From a virus: 64,000 bases of DNA. Under the pieces are notes generated by a model. The model searched no databases. It was not told where the DNA came from and saw only the letters and a program-made list of their open reading frames with translations. The stretch covers positions 1-64,000 of the IMG/VR virus record IMGVR_UViG_3300048855_000013, one strand, 5' to 3'. Both the position numbers and the translations under genes were made by a program. Shown piece after piece: positions 33,399 to 42,245 of this stretch. Position 1 is the stretch's first letter. Every line of letters begins with the position of its first letter.

Positions 33399-34931
33399 AT
33401 GGCTAACGCACTACAGCGTATGTTCCGTCCGAACTACGTGGAGAAGCTCGAAGAGAGCCAGGCTACTGTAACGACCCTGCGTCATGAAGTTCTGGCCCTT
33501 GACTCTGAGCGTATGACGCTGCGTGAGTCTCTCACTGACCTTATGCGTTTTGTTGAGGATGTGGGCTGGGAGAAGATCGAGGGGTTCGAGCAGGACAAGG
33601 GTATGACCCTTGATGCTATCAAGAAGAACTCTGAGGTTCTACGCTCGATGCTGACTGCTAACCCTACCATCAAGAAGGCAATCAACGCTCGCGTTGGTTA
33701 CATCTGGGGACGCGGTGTCACATTCAAGGGATCGGGAACGAAGCAGTTCACCGAGAACCCATGGAATGAGCGCGTCCTGTTTGATGACTCTGCGCACTGG
33801 CGCATCGAGGCACAGCTAGCCACAGACGGAAACATCTGGGCTGCCAAGAGCGGTGGCGAGGTCACTATGATCCCCATTGAGCAGATTGCTGGCTGGGTAA
33901 CCGACCCGAACAATCCCACTCGTGTGCATTACTGGCTGCGCTCCTACACCGTTATCGAGAAGAACTTCTCCAACGGTGTTGAGGCTGCTAAGCACATCGA
34001 GGTCTTCTACCCTGCTTCTGACTACACCGGCAACAAGGTGGGGTCCATCGACGGCATCAAGGTAGACCGCAGCACGACGATGGTACATCTAGCTGCCAAT
34101 CGTCAGGAGGGTTGGCTCCTTGGTGTGCCAGACCTGTTCGCTGCGATGTTCTGGACAAAGGCTCACAAGGAGCTATTCGAGGCCGGTACGCAGTACGTAA
34201 AGGCTCAGGGTAAGTTCGCCTCGAAGGTCATCTCAAAGACCGCCAACGGGGCTACAAACGCCGCTGCGCGTATCGCTGACGTTGCTCGCCGCGACCCCGT
34301 GACCGGCGAGGTTATGGACGCTGCCGGTACTGCCGTCATGTCTGGTGGTCTTGACTATCAGCTGATGGGCAAGATGTCGAGTGGCGTGGACTTCTCCGCG
34401 TTCGATCCGGTAGCTGGACTCATCGCCGCTGGCCTGGGGGTCCCTGTGCGCGTCCTACTGGGCGACTCCGACACCGAGGAGAAGAGCCTAGAGCAGAGCA
34501 CAGTCGATGAGATGGTGCTGCGTCAGAAGCTCTGGAGCTACTTCTTCAAGAGCCTCATGGGACCGGCCAAGATCGAGGTGCTATTCCCCAAGCTCAAGAC
34601 TGAGCCTGAGTACCGTCGTATGCAGTCCGTTGAGATTGCCAACAAGACCAACGTCCTGCACCGCGAGGAGCTTCGACAGCTGACTCTTGATGGCTTCGGT
34701 ATCATCGGTGATCCTAACGACCTGCCTGAGATTGAAGAGCAGCCTGATGTTGCTATCGCTAAGGCGAAGGGCGACGACGCATTCGAGCACGCAGAGGTAC
34801 TAGCCGACAAGGCAGCCGCTGCGCAGTCCACACCCGAGCAGGGCAAGGACGCTGGAGTGGGCAAGCTGAGCACCGGCAAGGACCGAAACGCGGCTCGTGA
34901 CGACAAGGGCGACAAAACTGTAAAGCGCTAA
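33399..34931 (+). CDS. portal protein
   Basis: 510 aa, directly after terL. Acidic C-terminus. Confidence 0.65.
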   Translation: MANALQRMFRPNYVEKLEESQATVTTLRHEVLALDSERMTLRESLTDLMRFVEDVGWEKIEGFEQDKGMTLDAIKKNSEVLRSMLTANPTIKKAINARVGYIWGRGVTFKGSGTKQFTENPWNERVLFDDSAHWRIEAQLATDGNIWAAKSGGEVTMIPIEQIAGWVTDPNNPTRVHYWLRSYTVIEKNFSNGVEAAKHIEVFYPASDYTGNKVGSIDGIKVDRSTTMVHLAANRQEGWLLGVPDLFAAMFWTKAHKELFEAGTQYVKAQGKFASKVISKTANGATNAAARIADVARRDPVTGEVMDAAGTAVMSGGLDYQLMGKMSSGVDFSAFDPVAGLIAAGLGVPVRVLLGDSDTEEKSLEQSTVDEMVLRQKLWSYFFKSLMGPAKIEVLFPKLKTEPEYRRMQSVEIANKTNVLHREELRQLTLDGFGIIGDPNDLPEIEEQPDVAIAKAKGDDAFEHAEVLADKAAAAQSTPEQGKDAGVGKLSTGKDRNAARDDKGDKTVKR

Positions 34932-34983
34932 CATTTGCACACCTAACAATATGTGTGCTATACTTCTCTACGAAGGATTTTGA

Positions 34984-35964
34984 ATGACAACACAGATCAA
35001 GCTACACGAATCAGTAGCCTCTTCTGCCGAGACTAAGAAGATCGGTAAGAAGTTTCGCTCGCTGATTGTCGCAGCAGACCGTTGGGGAAGCTCAGCTTAC
35101 TATCCAGCCGAAGTGCTGGAGCGTGACGGCTCTCGCGTCTTCCACGCTGGTGTCCAGATGTACGCGGACCACCAGAAGGAATCTGAGAAGTGGGACCAGC
35201 CTGAGCGTTCTATTGACCGCCTGGTAGGCTCTCTTGCATCCGATGCCGTATTTGAGGCAAATGGTGAAGAGGGTCCGGGTCTATACGCAGACGTTGAGTT
35301 CCACGAGAGCTTCGTCAATCGCATCAATGAACTCAAGAAGGACGTTGGGCTGTCGATCAATGCGACTGGCCTAACTGAGGATGCCGAGATGGACGGGCGC
35401 TACGGCCCCGTCCTGGTCGGACTACTCGCAGCTGACAGCGTAGATGTTGTCACTCGTGCTGGAGCAGGCGGAAAGCTTGTCAGCATCATCGAATCGGATC
35501 GTGGCCTAGCTGGTCGCGAACTAACCGAAAGTGGAAAGGATCAGTCAGTGACTGACGTAACTAAGGAAGACTTCGAGGCGCTGTCTAAGACGCTCATCGA
35601 GGCTATCAATGCGATTCCTGGCGCACTGGCTGAGTCACTCAAGCCTGCTGCGGAGGTGCAGCCTACCGCTGAGGAGCTAGCCGCAAAGGCAGCTGCTGAG
35701 GGTAAGCCAGAGGACAAGGACGAGGTGACTGTGGACGCGACTGAGGTTGCTACTGCTGTCATTGAGGCAAAGCTTCCCGCTTCTGCCATCGCTCCTGTGG
35801 CCGCAGCTGTCAAGGAGGGCAAGACCCTTGAAGAGGCAGTGAAGATTCAGACCGACTATCGTGACTCTCTCATCGAGGCCACAGAGGTCGGGACCGTCAC
35901 TCGTATCAACGAGAGCGACAAGCCTAAGGGGCTTGCATACGCTGTAGCAAAGCTCAACAGCTAA
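34984..35964 (+). CDS. capsid maturation protease / scaffolding protein
   Basis: Position between portal and capsid. Ala/Glu-rich coiled-coil C-terminal half. Confidence 0.45.
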   Translation: MTTQIKLHESVASSAETKKIGKKFRSLIVAADRWGSSAYYPAEVLERDGSRVFHAGVQMYADHQKESEKWDQPERSIDRLVGSLASDAVFEANGEEGPGLYADVEFHESFVNRINELKKDVGLSINATGLTEDAEMDGRYGPVLVGLLAADSVDVVTRAGAGGKLVSIIESDRGLAGRELTESGKDQSVTDVTKEDFEALSKTLIEAINAIPGALAESLKPAAEVQPTAEELAAKAAAEGKPEDKDEVTVDATEVATAVIEAKLPASAIAPVAAAVKEGKTLEEAVKIQTDYRDSLIEATEVGTVTRINESDKPKGLAYAVAKLNS

Positions 35965-35974
35965 GGAATAGGCA

Positions 35975-36358
35975 ATGGCAAATAACGTAGTTTTCTCAGC
36001 TGATGACTACATCAGCGTAAACGTCGGACTTGAGAAGAAGTCCGGTGACATCTTCGTTGTTGGTGACCTCGTGGGCGTGCTCACTACAGGTTCCGGCAGC
36101 GCAACTACTCCTACCCCCGAGGGCATGGAGCTTGGTGTTGGTAACAAGCCAGGGTGGGCTTCCGTAGCCCTGTACGGTGGTGTGCGTGTAAACGTCGCTG
36201 CTGGTACTGCATATGCCGTGGGTGATCGCGTGTACGTGACCGCTGGCGGAACGGTTACCAAGACCGCATCTGGAAACAAGAACCTCGGCGTGGTAACACA
36301 CGAGCCCAAGACATCCACGACTGGTGCAGGCCAGATCGTTGTGAAGCTAGGATACTAA
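35975..36358 (+). CDS. putative head decoration protein
   Basis: 127-aa Gly/Val-rich beta protein between the scaffold and the major capsid gene. Confidence 0.35.
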   Translation: MANNVVFSADDYISVNVGLEKKSGDIFVVGDLVGVLTTGSGSATTPTPEGMELGVGNKPGWASVALYGGVRVNVAAGTAYAVGDRVYVTAGGTVTKTASGNKNLGVVTHEPKTSTTGAGQIVVKLGY

Positions 36359-36360
36359 GC

Positions 36361-37521
36361 ATGAATCAGGACCAGTACGACGCTCTGATCGAGAAGTACA
36401 CTGACCTTCTCGAAGGTGCAAGCAAGGGTGACTGGATCGCTCGTGCCCACCTAAAGGAGGCTGCTCTCAGCACCTCTGACTTCCCCTTCGCGTTCACCGA
36501 CATCAAGACTGCTCAGCTACAGGCTAAGTATGCGCTTGAGGATGAGCAGCAGGTCTGGCGCAAGATTGCCCGCAAGGTCACTGTGCCGAACTTCCTACCG
36601 CAGTCGTTCATCGACCTCGGTTGGGATGACAGCGCCTTCGACAACATCCTAGCCACCAACGGTGGTTATGATACTGTTCCTGGCACTCTGCCTAACGTCC
36701 CTGAGGGTACCGAGTACCCTACAGCCTTCAAGCTGTACAGCAGCGCAGAGCAGCTAGAGATTCGTAAGGCCGGTATGCGTATCGCCTTCACGTTCGAGGC
36801 TATCATCAACGACCAGTGGAACGTTGTGGACGACCTTCCGGGCTGGCTGCTACGCACCGCTCTCAACTCCGAGGACGCAGAGGTTGCTAAGCTTCTCTCT
36901 GACGGCGACGGACCGAACAGCACCTACTTCAACGCAGGCAACAACAACCTGCTTGAGTACGGTACCAACACCGATGGTCAGGCTGCCCTGACTCGCGAGA
37001 CTCTCAAGGTCGCGCTCAAGCAGGCTAACTCCCACAAGGCAGGACCGAACAACAACCGTCCTGTGCGCTTCAACCGCTTCGCGCTGGTTGTGCCGCCGAG
37101 CCTGGAAGACCTAGCCAACGAGCTAAAGGATGTTCCTACTCAGTTCATCGTTCACGATGGCAACCTGGAGTACCCGGCAACCTTCACCTATGGTGTTGCG
37201 TTCGAGGTAGTCGTTCTCGACTGGCTTGAGGCTGTGGACAAGACTCACGGTGCTACTGCGTGGTACGTGGTTCCTTTCGCTGGCGATGGTATCCGTACCT
37301 CGCTCGGCCTGGGATTCCTCCAGAACTACGACCGTCCCGAGCTTCGCCTCCACAACGACCAGGGTGTATACCTTGGTGGTGGAGATGTCCCGGCTCGCCA
37401 GGGATCGTTCCTGAACGACACATGGCAGCTACGTCTGCGTCACATCTTCGGCGGTGTCGCCCTGAACGGCGGAATCGGAACCGTGGCCTCTTCGGGCCAG
37501 GCTGCTCCGGTACTAGCCTAA
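36361..37521 (+). CDS. major capsid protein
   Basis: 386 aa in the HK97-type position. Followed by a strong hairpin. Confidence 0.6.
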   Translation: MNQDQYDALIEKYTDLLEGASKGDWIARAHLKEAALSTSDFPFAFTDIKTAQLQAKYALEDEQQVWRKIARKVTVPNFLPQSFIDLGWDDSAFDNILATNGGYDTVPGTLPNVPEGTEYPTAFKLYSSAEQLEIRKAGMRIAFTFEAIINDQWNVVDDLPGWLLRTALNSEDAEVAKLLSDGDGPNSTYFNAGNNNLLEYGTNTDGQAALTRETLKVALKQANSHKAGPNNNRPVRFNRFALVVPPSLEDLANELKDVPTQFIVHDGNLEYPATFTYGVAFEVVVLDWLEAVDKTHGATAWYVVPFAGDGIRTSLGLGFLQNYDRPELRLHNDQGVYLGGGDVPARQGSFLNDTWQLRLRHIFGGVALNGGIGTVASSGQAAPVLA

Positions 37522-37527
37522 TTGAGA

Positions 37528-37551
37528 GAGGAGGGCAGTGATGCCCTCCTC
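37528..37551 (+). other. 10-bp stem-loop (GAGGAGGGCA-GTGA-TGCCCTCCTC) after the capsid gene, with no T-run
   Basis: Read directly. Confidence 0.4.
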
Positions 37552-37571
37552 ACTCACTAGAAAGGATTCAC

Positions 37572-37874
37572 ATGCCACAGATTGACAACCGCTCTCTCTT
37601 CAACCAGCCACCGCGTCCGCTGGCCCTCGTTGTTCAGCAGCCTGCTGCTGGAACCTCTGAGTACGTCACCGATGCAGGTCAGACTGTTGATCCGGTTCCG
37701 GTCTACTTCCCCGGTGGAGTTCCTGGAACTGCCGCTGCAACTACGACAGTCAACGGTACGGTAAAGCGCGCTGCGGCTCAGGCCAACAGCACAGCAACCG
37801 ACGTAGCAGGCATCGTAGCTGACTTCAACGCTCTGCTAGCAAAGCTCCGCACTGCGGGCATCCTAGCTCCGTAA
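37572..37874 (+). CDS. hypothetical protein (head-associated)
   Basis: ORF. Confidence 0.4.
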   Translation: MPQIDNRSLFNQPPRPLALVVQQPAAGTSEYVTDAGQTVDPVPVYFPGGVPGTAAATTTVNGTVKRAAAQANSTATDVAGIVADFNALLAKLRTAGILAP

Positions 37875-37954
37875 CCCCTAAGCTGCTACCTTAGGAACTG
37901 AAAGCCCTTGGCCCTCACACAGGGGTCAAGGGCTTTCTTACATTAGGAGAGAAC

Positions 37955-38419
37955 ATGGCAAATGTCTACCCAGTAGACTACACGTCCGATGTCGGTCGTG
38001 TTCGTAAGTTTATTCCAGATGTCACTCTGCTAGGCGACCCGGCTAACCCGTTCGCTGAGCCAGATTACATCTGGTCTGATGAAGCACTACAGTCATTTAT
38101 TGATGACGAGCTACCCGTAGCTTGGGTGTCTGGCGCAGCCGCACCTCGCGTGACCATCTGGCGCGCAGCTGCTATGGCAATGATCGCTACAGCGAATGAT
38201 GTCAACCTTACACTCAAGAAGCTCGTTACAGAAGACCTTGAAACTGACGGTCCAGCTGTTGCAGACAAGCTCATCAAGGCAGCACACGAACTGCTTGGTA
38301 AGGCTCTGATCGAAGAGAACGGCGCAGCTAGCGAAGAGATTTTCTTGACTGTATTCCCTGAGCCCACTACCCGTCACCCCGAGGGTACCGAATGGGTCAA
38401 CTTCTGGAGCACTCACTAA
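37955..38419 (+). CDS. head-tail connector (putative)
   Basis: Synteny. Confidence 0.35.
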   Translation: MANVYPVDYTSDVGRVRKFIPDVTLLGDPANPFAEPDYIWSDEALQSFIDDELPVAWVSGAAAPRVTIWRAAAMAMIATANDVNLTLKKLVTEDLETDGPAVADKLIKAAHELLGKALIEENGAASEEIFLTVFPEPTTRHPEGTEWVNFWSTH

Positions 38420-38916
38420 TGGCACTGCGTGGTAATGGGGTGTTCCACCCGAACTTCTTCTACATGCCTCGACCTACTGTCGAGAGCGCGATGATTACTG
38501 CGGTGAGAGTTTCTAAGCCCACAGGTAACGTAGCTAAGTGGACACCAGGTACCGGCATGTCATCAGGAATCTATGTGCCTGTCTGGGAGGGACGCGCTCG
38601 TATCCAGCCTAATAAGGACTGGCGAGCCCGCCCGCGTGAGCAGGTCGGAGAGTTCGATGCTGTTCACGCCATCCGTGTGCAGCTACCCATCGGCAAGAAT
38701 GAATACGGTGGAACCTACGACGACGAGGCCAACCTAGTTGCCTATGGACCTGACCCTGAGTTTTATAAGGATTACATGGTCGAGGTAGTGGATACCACTG
38801 TCATTGGTGCTGAGCAGCTGGAGGGCGACGTGTACTACATCCGCAACGCTAAGACCAGCGCAAACCTCTGGCTCTACAACCTTCTATGTGATACAGGAAC
38901 TCGCTCCAGTGGCTGA
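38419..38916 (+). CDS. head-tail joining protein (putative)
   Basis: Synteny. TAATG overlap. Confidence 0.35.
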   Translation: MALRGNGVFHPNFFYMPRPTVESAMITAVRVSKPTGNVAKWTPGTGMSSGIYVPVWEGRARIQPNKDWRARPREQVGEFDAVHAIRVQLPIGKNEYGGTYDDEANLVAYGPDPEFYKDYMVEVVDTTVIGAEQLEGDVYYIRNAKTSANLWLYNLLCDTGTRSSG

Positions 38917-39325
38917 TGGACTCAACTTCTTCACCGATCTGAATAAGCTCGCGCAGAGTGTCTCTGCCGCGCCTGACAAGATCGATGACAATGTTGCTGA
39001 AATCGTTGAGACTGCTCTAAAGCATGCAGCCGATTCTGTTCGAGACATCGTGAATGATCCCGGTGGGCGGGGCACCAAGAAGGGTGGCCCTCGTGTGCTA
39101 TCCGGTGAGATGCTTGAATCCGTGGGATACGACATGGGCATGAACCGTCGTGGTCGCATCCAGGGTAAGTATGGATTCGTGCACGGAGCACCGTTCTGGA
39201 CTAAGTATCAGGAGCGTGGTACTAGCCGTATCCCTGCCATGATGGCGCTCGCAACTACTAACCAGAGCTTTGTAGATGAACTAGAAGATCAGCTACAGAG
39301 CGGACGATGGATGGACGTGATCTAA
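38906..39325 (+). CDS. tail completion or neck protein (putative, GTG start)
   Basis: Synteny. Confidence 0.3.
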   Translation, partial: PVADGLNFFTDLNKLAQSVSAAPDKIDDNVAEIVETALKHAADSVRDIVNDPGGRGTKKGGPRVLSGEMLESVGYDMGMNRRGRIQGKYGFVHGAPFWTKYQERGTSRIPAMMALATTNQSFVDELEDQLQSGRWMDVI

Positions 39326-39762
39326 TGGCAGACTTTGAAACTGTACAAGACGCTCTTCTAACCCGTCTTCGAACCTCGCAAATTCCGAACGTGTTCGAGA
39401 CTTCCGTACCTCCCGGATTCCTTCTGCCCAAGCAGAACGGTGTCCACCTTCCCTACGCTCTTATCACCTTCGGTGGTAAGTCGCCTATGGCGAACCGCTA
39501 TAAGAACCTCCAGAGTACCAAGCTGGATGCCAAGTGGACGAGTGTAGCTGTTGAATGCGTTGGTGACAGCCAGCGTGATTGCCGTACAGTGAGCAAGATT
39601 GTGCGTAACCTCTTCGAGGGGTACTCACCTGACATCACTTGGGGCGAACTAGAGGAGCAGCTGAGCGGTGACTACACCGTGAAGGTTCCTGAGTACGAAC
39701 TGTGGCCTGTCCGATACGCCACAGGGATCGTCTTCAATACTGTGGTAGACACAGCAAGTTAG
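39307..39762 (+). CDS. tail terminator (putative)
   Basis: Synteny. Confidence 0.35.
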   Translation: MDGRDLMADFETVQDALLTRLRTSQIPNVFETSVPPGFLLPKQNGVHLPYALITFGGKSPMANRYKNLQSTKLDAKWTSVAVECVGDSQRDCRTVSKIVRNLFEGYSPDITWGELEEQLSGDYTVKVPEYELWPVRYATGIVFNTVVDTAS

Positions 39763-39789
39763 ACGGATATACATATATCATGCTATAAT
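39759..39789 (+). promoter_or_regulatory. internal promoter with extended -10 (TGcTATAAT) ahead of the major tail genes
   Basis: Read directly. Confidence 0.35.
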
Positions 39790-39841
39790 TGAGCAGGACA
39801 AATTCGCTCTGCCTGACTTCCTCTAAGGAGGGGAACCTTAC

Positions 39842-40354
39842 ATGCCAACCAAGATGCTCAACCCGAACACTACGCTAATCGTGGTGCCCGAGTCTTTCAT
39901 CACGAACCCGGCTGCTCCGAGTGCGGCAGTGCTGAATGGTGTCAACGCCATCAACATCTCGTGCGCAGTTACTCGTGGGTATACTCTGAACCCAACCGAC
40001 TCTGACACAGACGACACTGCGTCGATCTGCGACACCGGAAACGTTCAGACTCGCCTCTTCGATAACTACGAGGGCGAAGTGACCATGTTCCGCGATGCGA
40101 ACATTGCCGACAACACTTCTATCTTCAACATCGCGTTCAACTACTTCAAGAATGTTGACCAGCGCTACTACGTCTTCCGCCGCCTTGGCAAGAAGAGCAC
40201 CGTAGCTATCGCAGTTGGTGACCTGCTTGAAGGCTTCCTATTCACCAACGACCGCACACGTAGTGTGGATGGTGGAGACTCCGGTCCCATCCAGTTCACT
40301 GTGCCTATGCTTCCTCAGGGAATCTACACTGGCTACGTCGCAGCTGTTGCCTAA
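39842..40354 (+). CDS. major tail protein (short form)
   Basis: 170 aa. Same N-terminus MPTKMLNPNTTL as the next gene. Strong RBS AAGGAGGGG. Confidence 0.6.
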   Translation: MPTKMLNPNTTLIVVPESFITNPAAPSAAVLNGVNAINISCAVTRGYTLNPTDSDTDDTASICDTGNVQTRLFDNYEGEVTMFRDANIADNTSIFNIAFNYFKNVDQRYYVFRRLGKKSTVAIAVGDLLEGFLFTNDRTRSVDGGDSGPIQFTVPMLPQGIYTGYVAAVA

Positions 40355-40364
40355 GGAGTAATCT

Positions 40365-41135
40365 ATGCCTACCAAGATGCTCAACCCCAACACTACCCTG
40401 TGGGTAGTGCCTGTGGCGAACGTGGTGAACCCACTAGCGCCTACAGCTGCCGAGCTAAACAACGCTCCGGCTATCAACATCTCGTGTGCCGTGACCCGTG
40501 GCTACACGCTGAACCCTACAGACTCAGACACTGACGACACCGCCAGCATCTGTGACACTGGTAACGTCCAGACCCGTCTGTTTGACAACTACGAGGGAGA
40601 GCTTACACTCTTCCGTGAGGGTAACCTCGCTGACGCTGCCTCTGTGTATGCGACATCGTTTGCTTACTTCCGTGACCCGGACAAGCAGTTCTACATCTAC
40701 CGTCGTCTAGGCAAGAAGAGCACGCTCGCTGCCGCTGATGGCGATATCGTTGAGGGCTTCCTGTTCACCAATGACCGCGTTCGCTCGGTCGATGGTGGCG
40801 ACTCTGGCCCTATCCAGTTCACCGTGCCACTCCTTGCACAGGGATCGTACCTTGGGTACACCTACGTGGGTACTGTGGTCGCTCCGACTGTGACTGCCGT
40901 CAGCCCCACAACCGGTGGAACCGCTGGTGGATTCGCCGTCACTGCAACAGGTACTGGCTTCGGCTCAGCATACTCTGTACAGGTCGGAACCACTGTCGTT
41001 CCTGCCACTGTGGTGAACGCCACTACCATCACGTTCATCTCCCCGGCACAGACCTCGGGAGTCAAGAACGTGCGTGTCACCAACCCGGCTGGTATCTCGG
41101 CAACTGCCACAGGTAACCAGATTACATACTCGTAA
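40365..41135 (+). CDS. major tail protein paralogue with C-terminal Ig-like domain
   Basis: About 170 aa collinear and highly similar to the previous gene, plus about 85 aa of Ig-like extension (VTAVSPTTGGTAGGFAVTATGTGFG...VRVTNPAG). Confidence 0.6.
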   Translation: MPTKMLNPNTTLWVVPVANVVNPLAPTAAELNNAPAINISCAVTRGYTLNPTDSDTDDTASICDTGNVQTRLFDNYEGELTLFREGNLADAASVYATSFAYFRDPDKQFYIYRRLGKKSTLAAADGDIVEGFLFTNDRVRSVDGGDSGPIQFTVPLLAQGSYLGYTYVGTVVAPTVTAVSPTTGGTAGGFAVTATGTGFGSAYSVQVGTTVVPATVVNATTITFISPAQTSGVKNVRVTNPAGISATATGNQITYS

Positions 41136-41221
41136 TAGTAGGTTTGACAACAGCAATATAAATTGCTACAATGAGGGAGTCGTCATCATGACGACTCCCT
41201 TATTCGTTTCTGGAGGAAACA

Positions 41222-41815
41222 TTGTCTTTTGAAATCGCTGCCCCTGACATCGCCGTAGTTGATGAGGCTCTCAACTCAGAAGAGTTCGATGTCCTGGCAT
41301 TCGTTCGTGGGGCCAATCTTCCTACCGACACTGAGACTATCTTCACCGATGCTGATGCAGCTGTTCGTATGGCTGCCTTGCTCGAAGAGGAAGAACACGC
41401 CGAGAACGACCCGTACAGCATCACTGACGGAAACGACGCTATCGATGATGAGCTTACTGAGCTTCACGAGCGTCTGGTGGAGAGCGCCCTGGAGTTCACG
41501 CTACAGGGACTTGCTCCTCGTGCTCGTGTAGCGCTGGAGAATCACCTCAAGGCTACCCTTCCCTACAAGGAGGGCGACCTCAACCCTGAGTATTACGAGG
41601 CACTGACCAACGAGGTTGTTGCTCGCAGCATCAAGAGCGTCACCAACGCAGCGTCTGGTAAGACCAGCACCGCCGCCTGGGACGCCACAAAGGTAGCTGA
41701 CTTCTTCGTAGACCTTTATCCCACCGAGCAGGCTAAGCTTTACAACAAGGCAATGGGTCTGACTTACATCCAGGCTGAGGTGTTCGACCGAGCGGTCAAC
41801 GCGGATTTCTCGTAG
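41222..41815 (+). CDS. tail assembly chaperone (TTG start)
   Basis: Acidic protein between the major tail and tape-measure genes. Confidence 0.45.
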   Translation: MSFEIAAPDIAVVDEALNSEEFDVLAFVRGANLPTDTETIFTDADAAVRMAALLEEEEHAENDPYSITDGNDAIDDELTELHERLVESALEFTLQGLAPRARVALENHLKATLPYKEGDLNPEYYEALTNEVVARSIKSVTNAASGKTSTAAWDATKVADFFVDLYPTEQAKLYNKAMGLTYIQAEVFDRAVNADFS

Positions 41816-41820
41816 AGGCG

Positions 41821-42234
41821 TTGACGTGGGATCAGAACCTTCGCTATCTAACTAGATTGCAGTCGGCTGTTGACCACGGACAGCGCCCTACTGCCGCTCT
41901 CCTCGAAGAGGATGACCCGCATAAGGGTTGGACATCTCACGATTACAGACTCCAAGAAGCCGTAGACATTCTCAGTCGCGACAAGTGCCAGTCATGCGGT
42001 AATCCGGTGTGGCTATGTCACTCAACACATGCCGGTATCGAATTCGATATCCGTGTTGGTGCCTGCTACGCAAAGGCCGAACTCGATGACTTCGAGAAGG
42101 CACACCCTGGCACCGAGGATACCCTCGAATCTGGTGAATATCGTTATGCCGTAGCAGTGGGCATTCTGAACGAGGATGGCACTCGCGATCCTCTTCCCTC
42201 CCGAGCAGAAGCCCTAGCTGTGCTCAAGTCCTAA
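41821..42234 (+). CDS. second tail assembly chaperone-like protein (TTG start, -1 frame relative to the previous gene)
   Basis: Frames overlap over 41779..41815, but no canonical slippery heptamer was seen. Confidence 0.35.
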   Translation: MTWDQNLRYLTRLQSAVDHGQRPTAALLEEDDPHKGWTSHDYRLQEAVDILSRDKCQSCGNPVWLCHSTHAGIEFDIRVGACYAKAELDDFEKAHPGTEDTLESGEYRYAVAVGILNEDGTRDPLPSRAEALAVLKS

Positions 42235-42245
42235 GAAAGTAGTGT

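Noticed and set aside
41779-41821. Programmed -1 frameshift joining the two tail chaperone ORFs
   Set aside because: There is frame overlap but no canonical slippery heptamer. It is kept as a low-interest finding rather than a feature.
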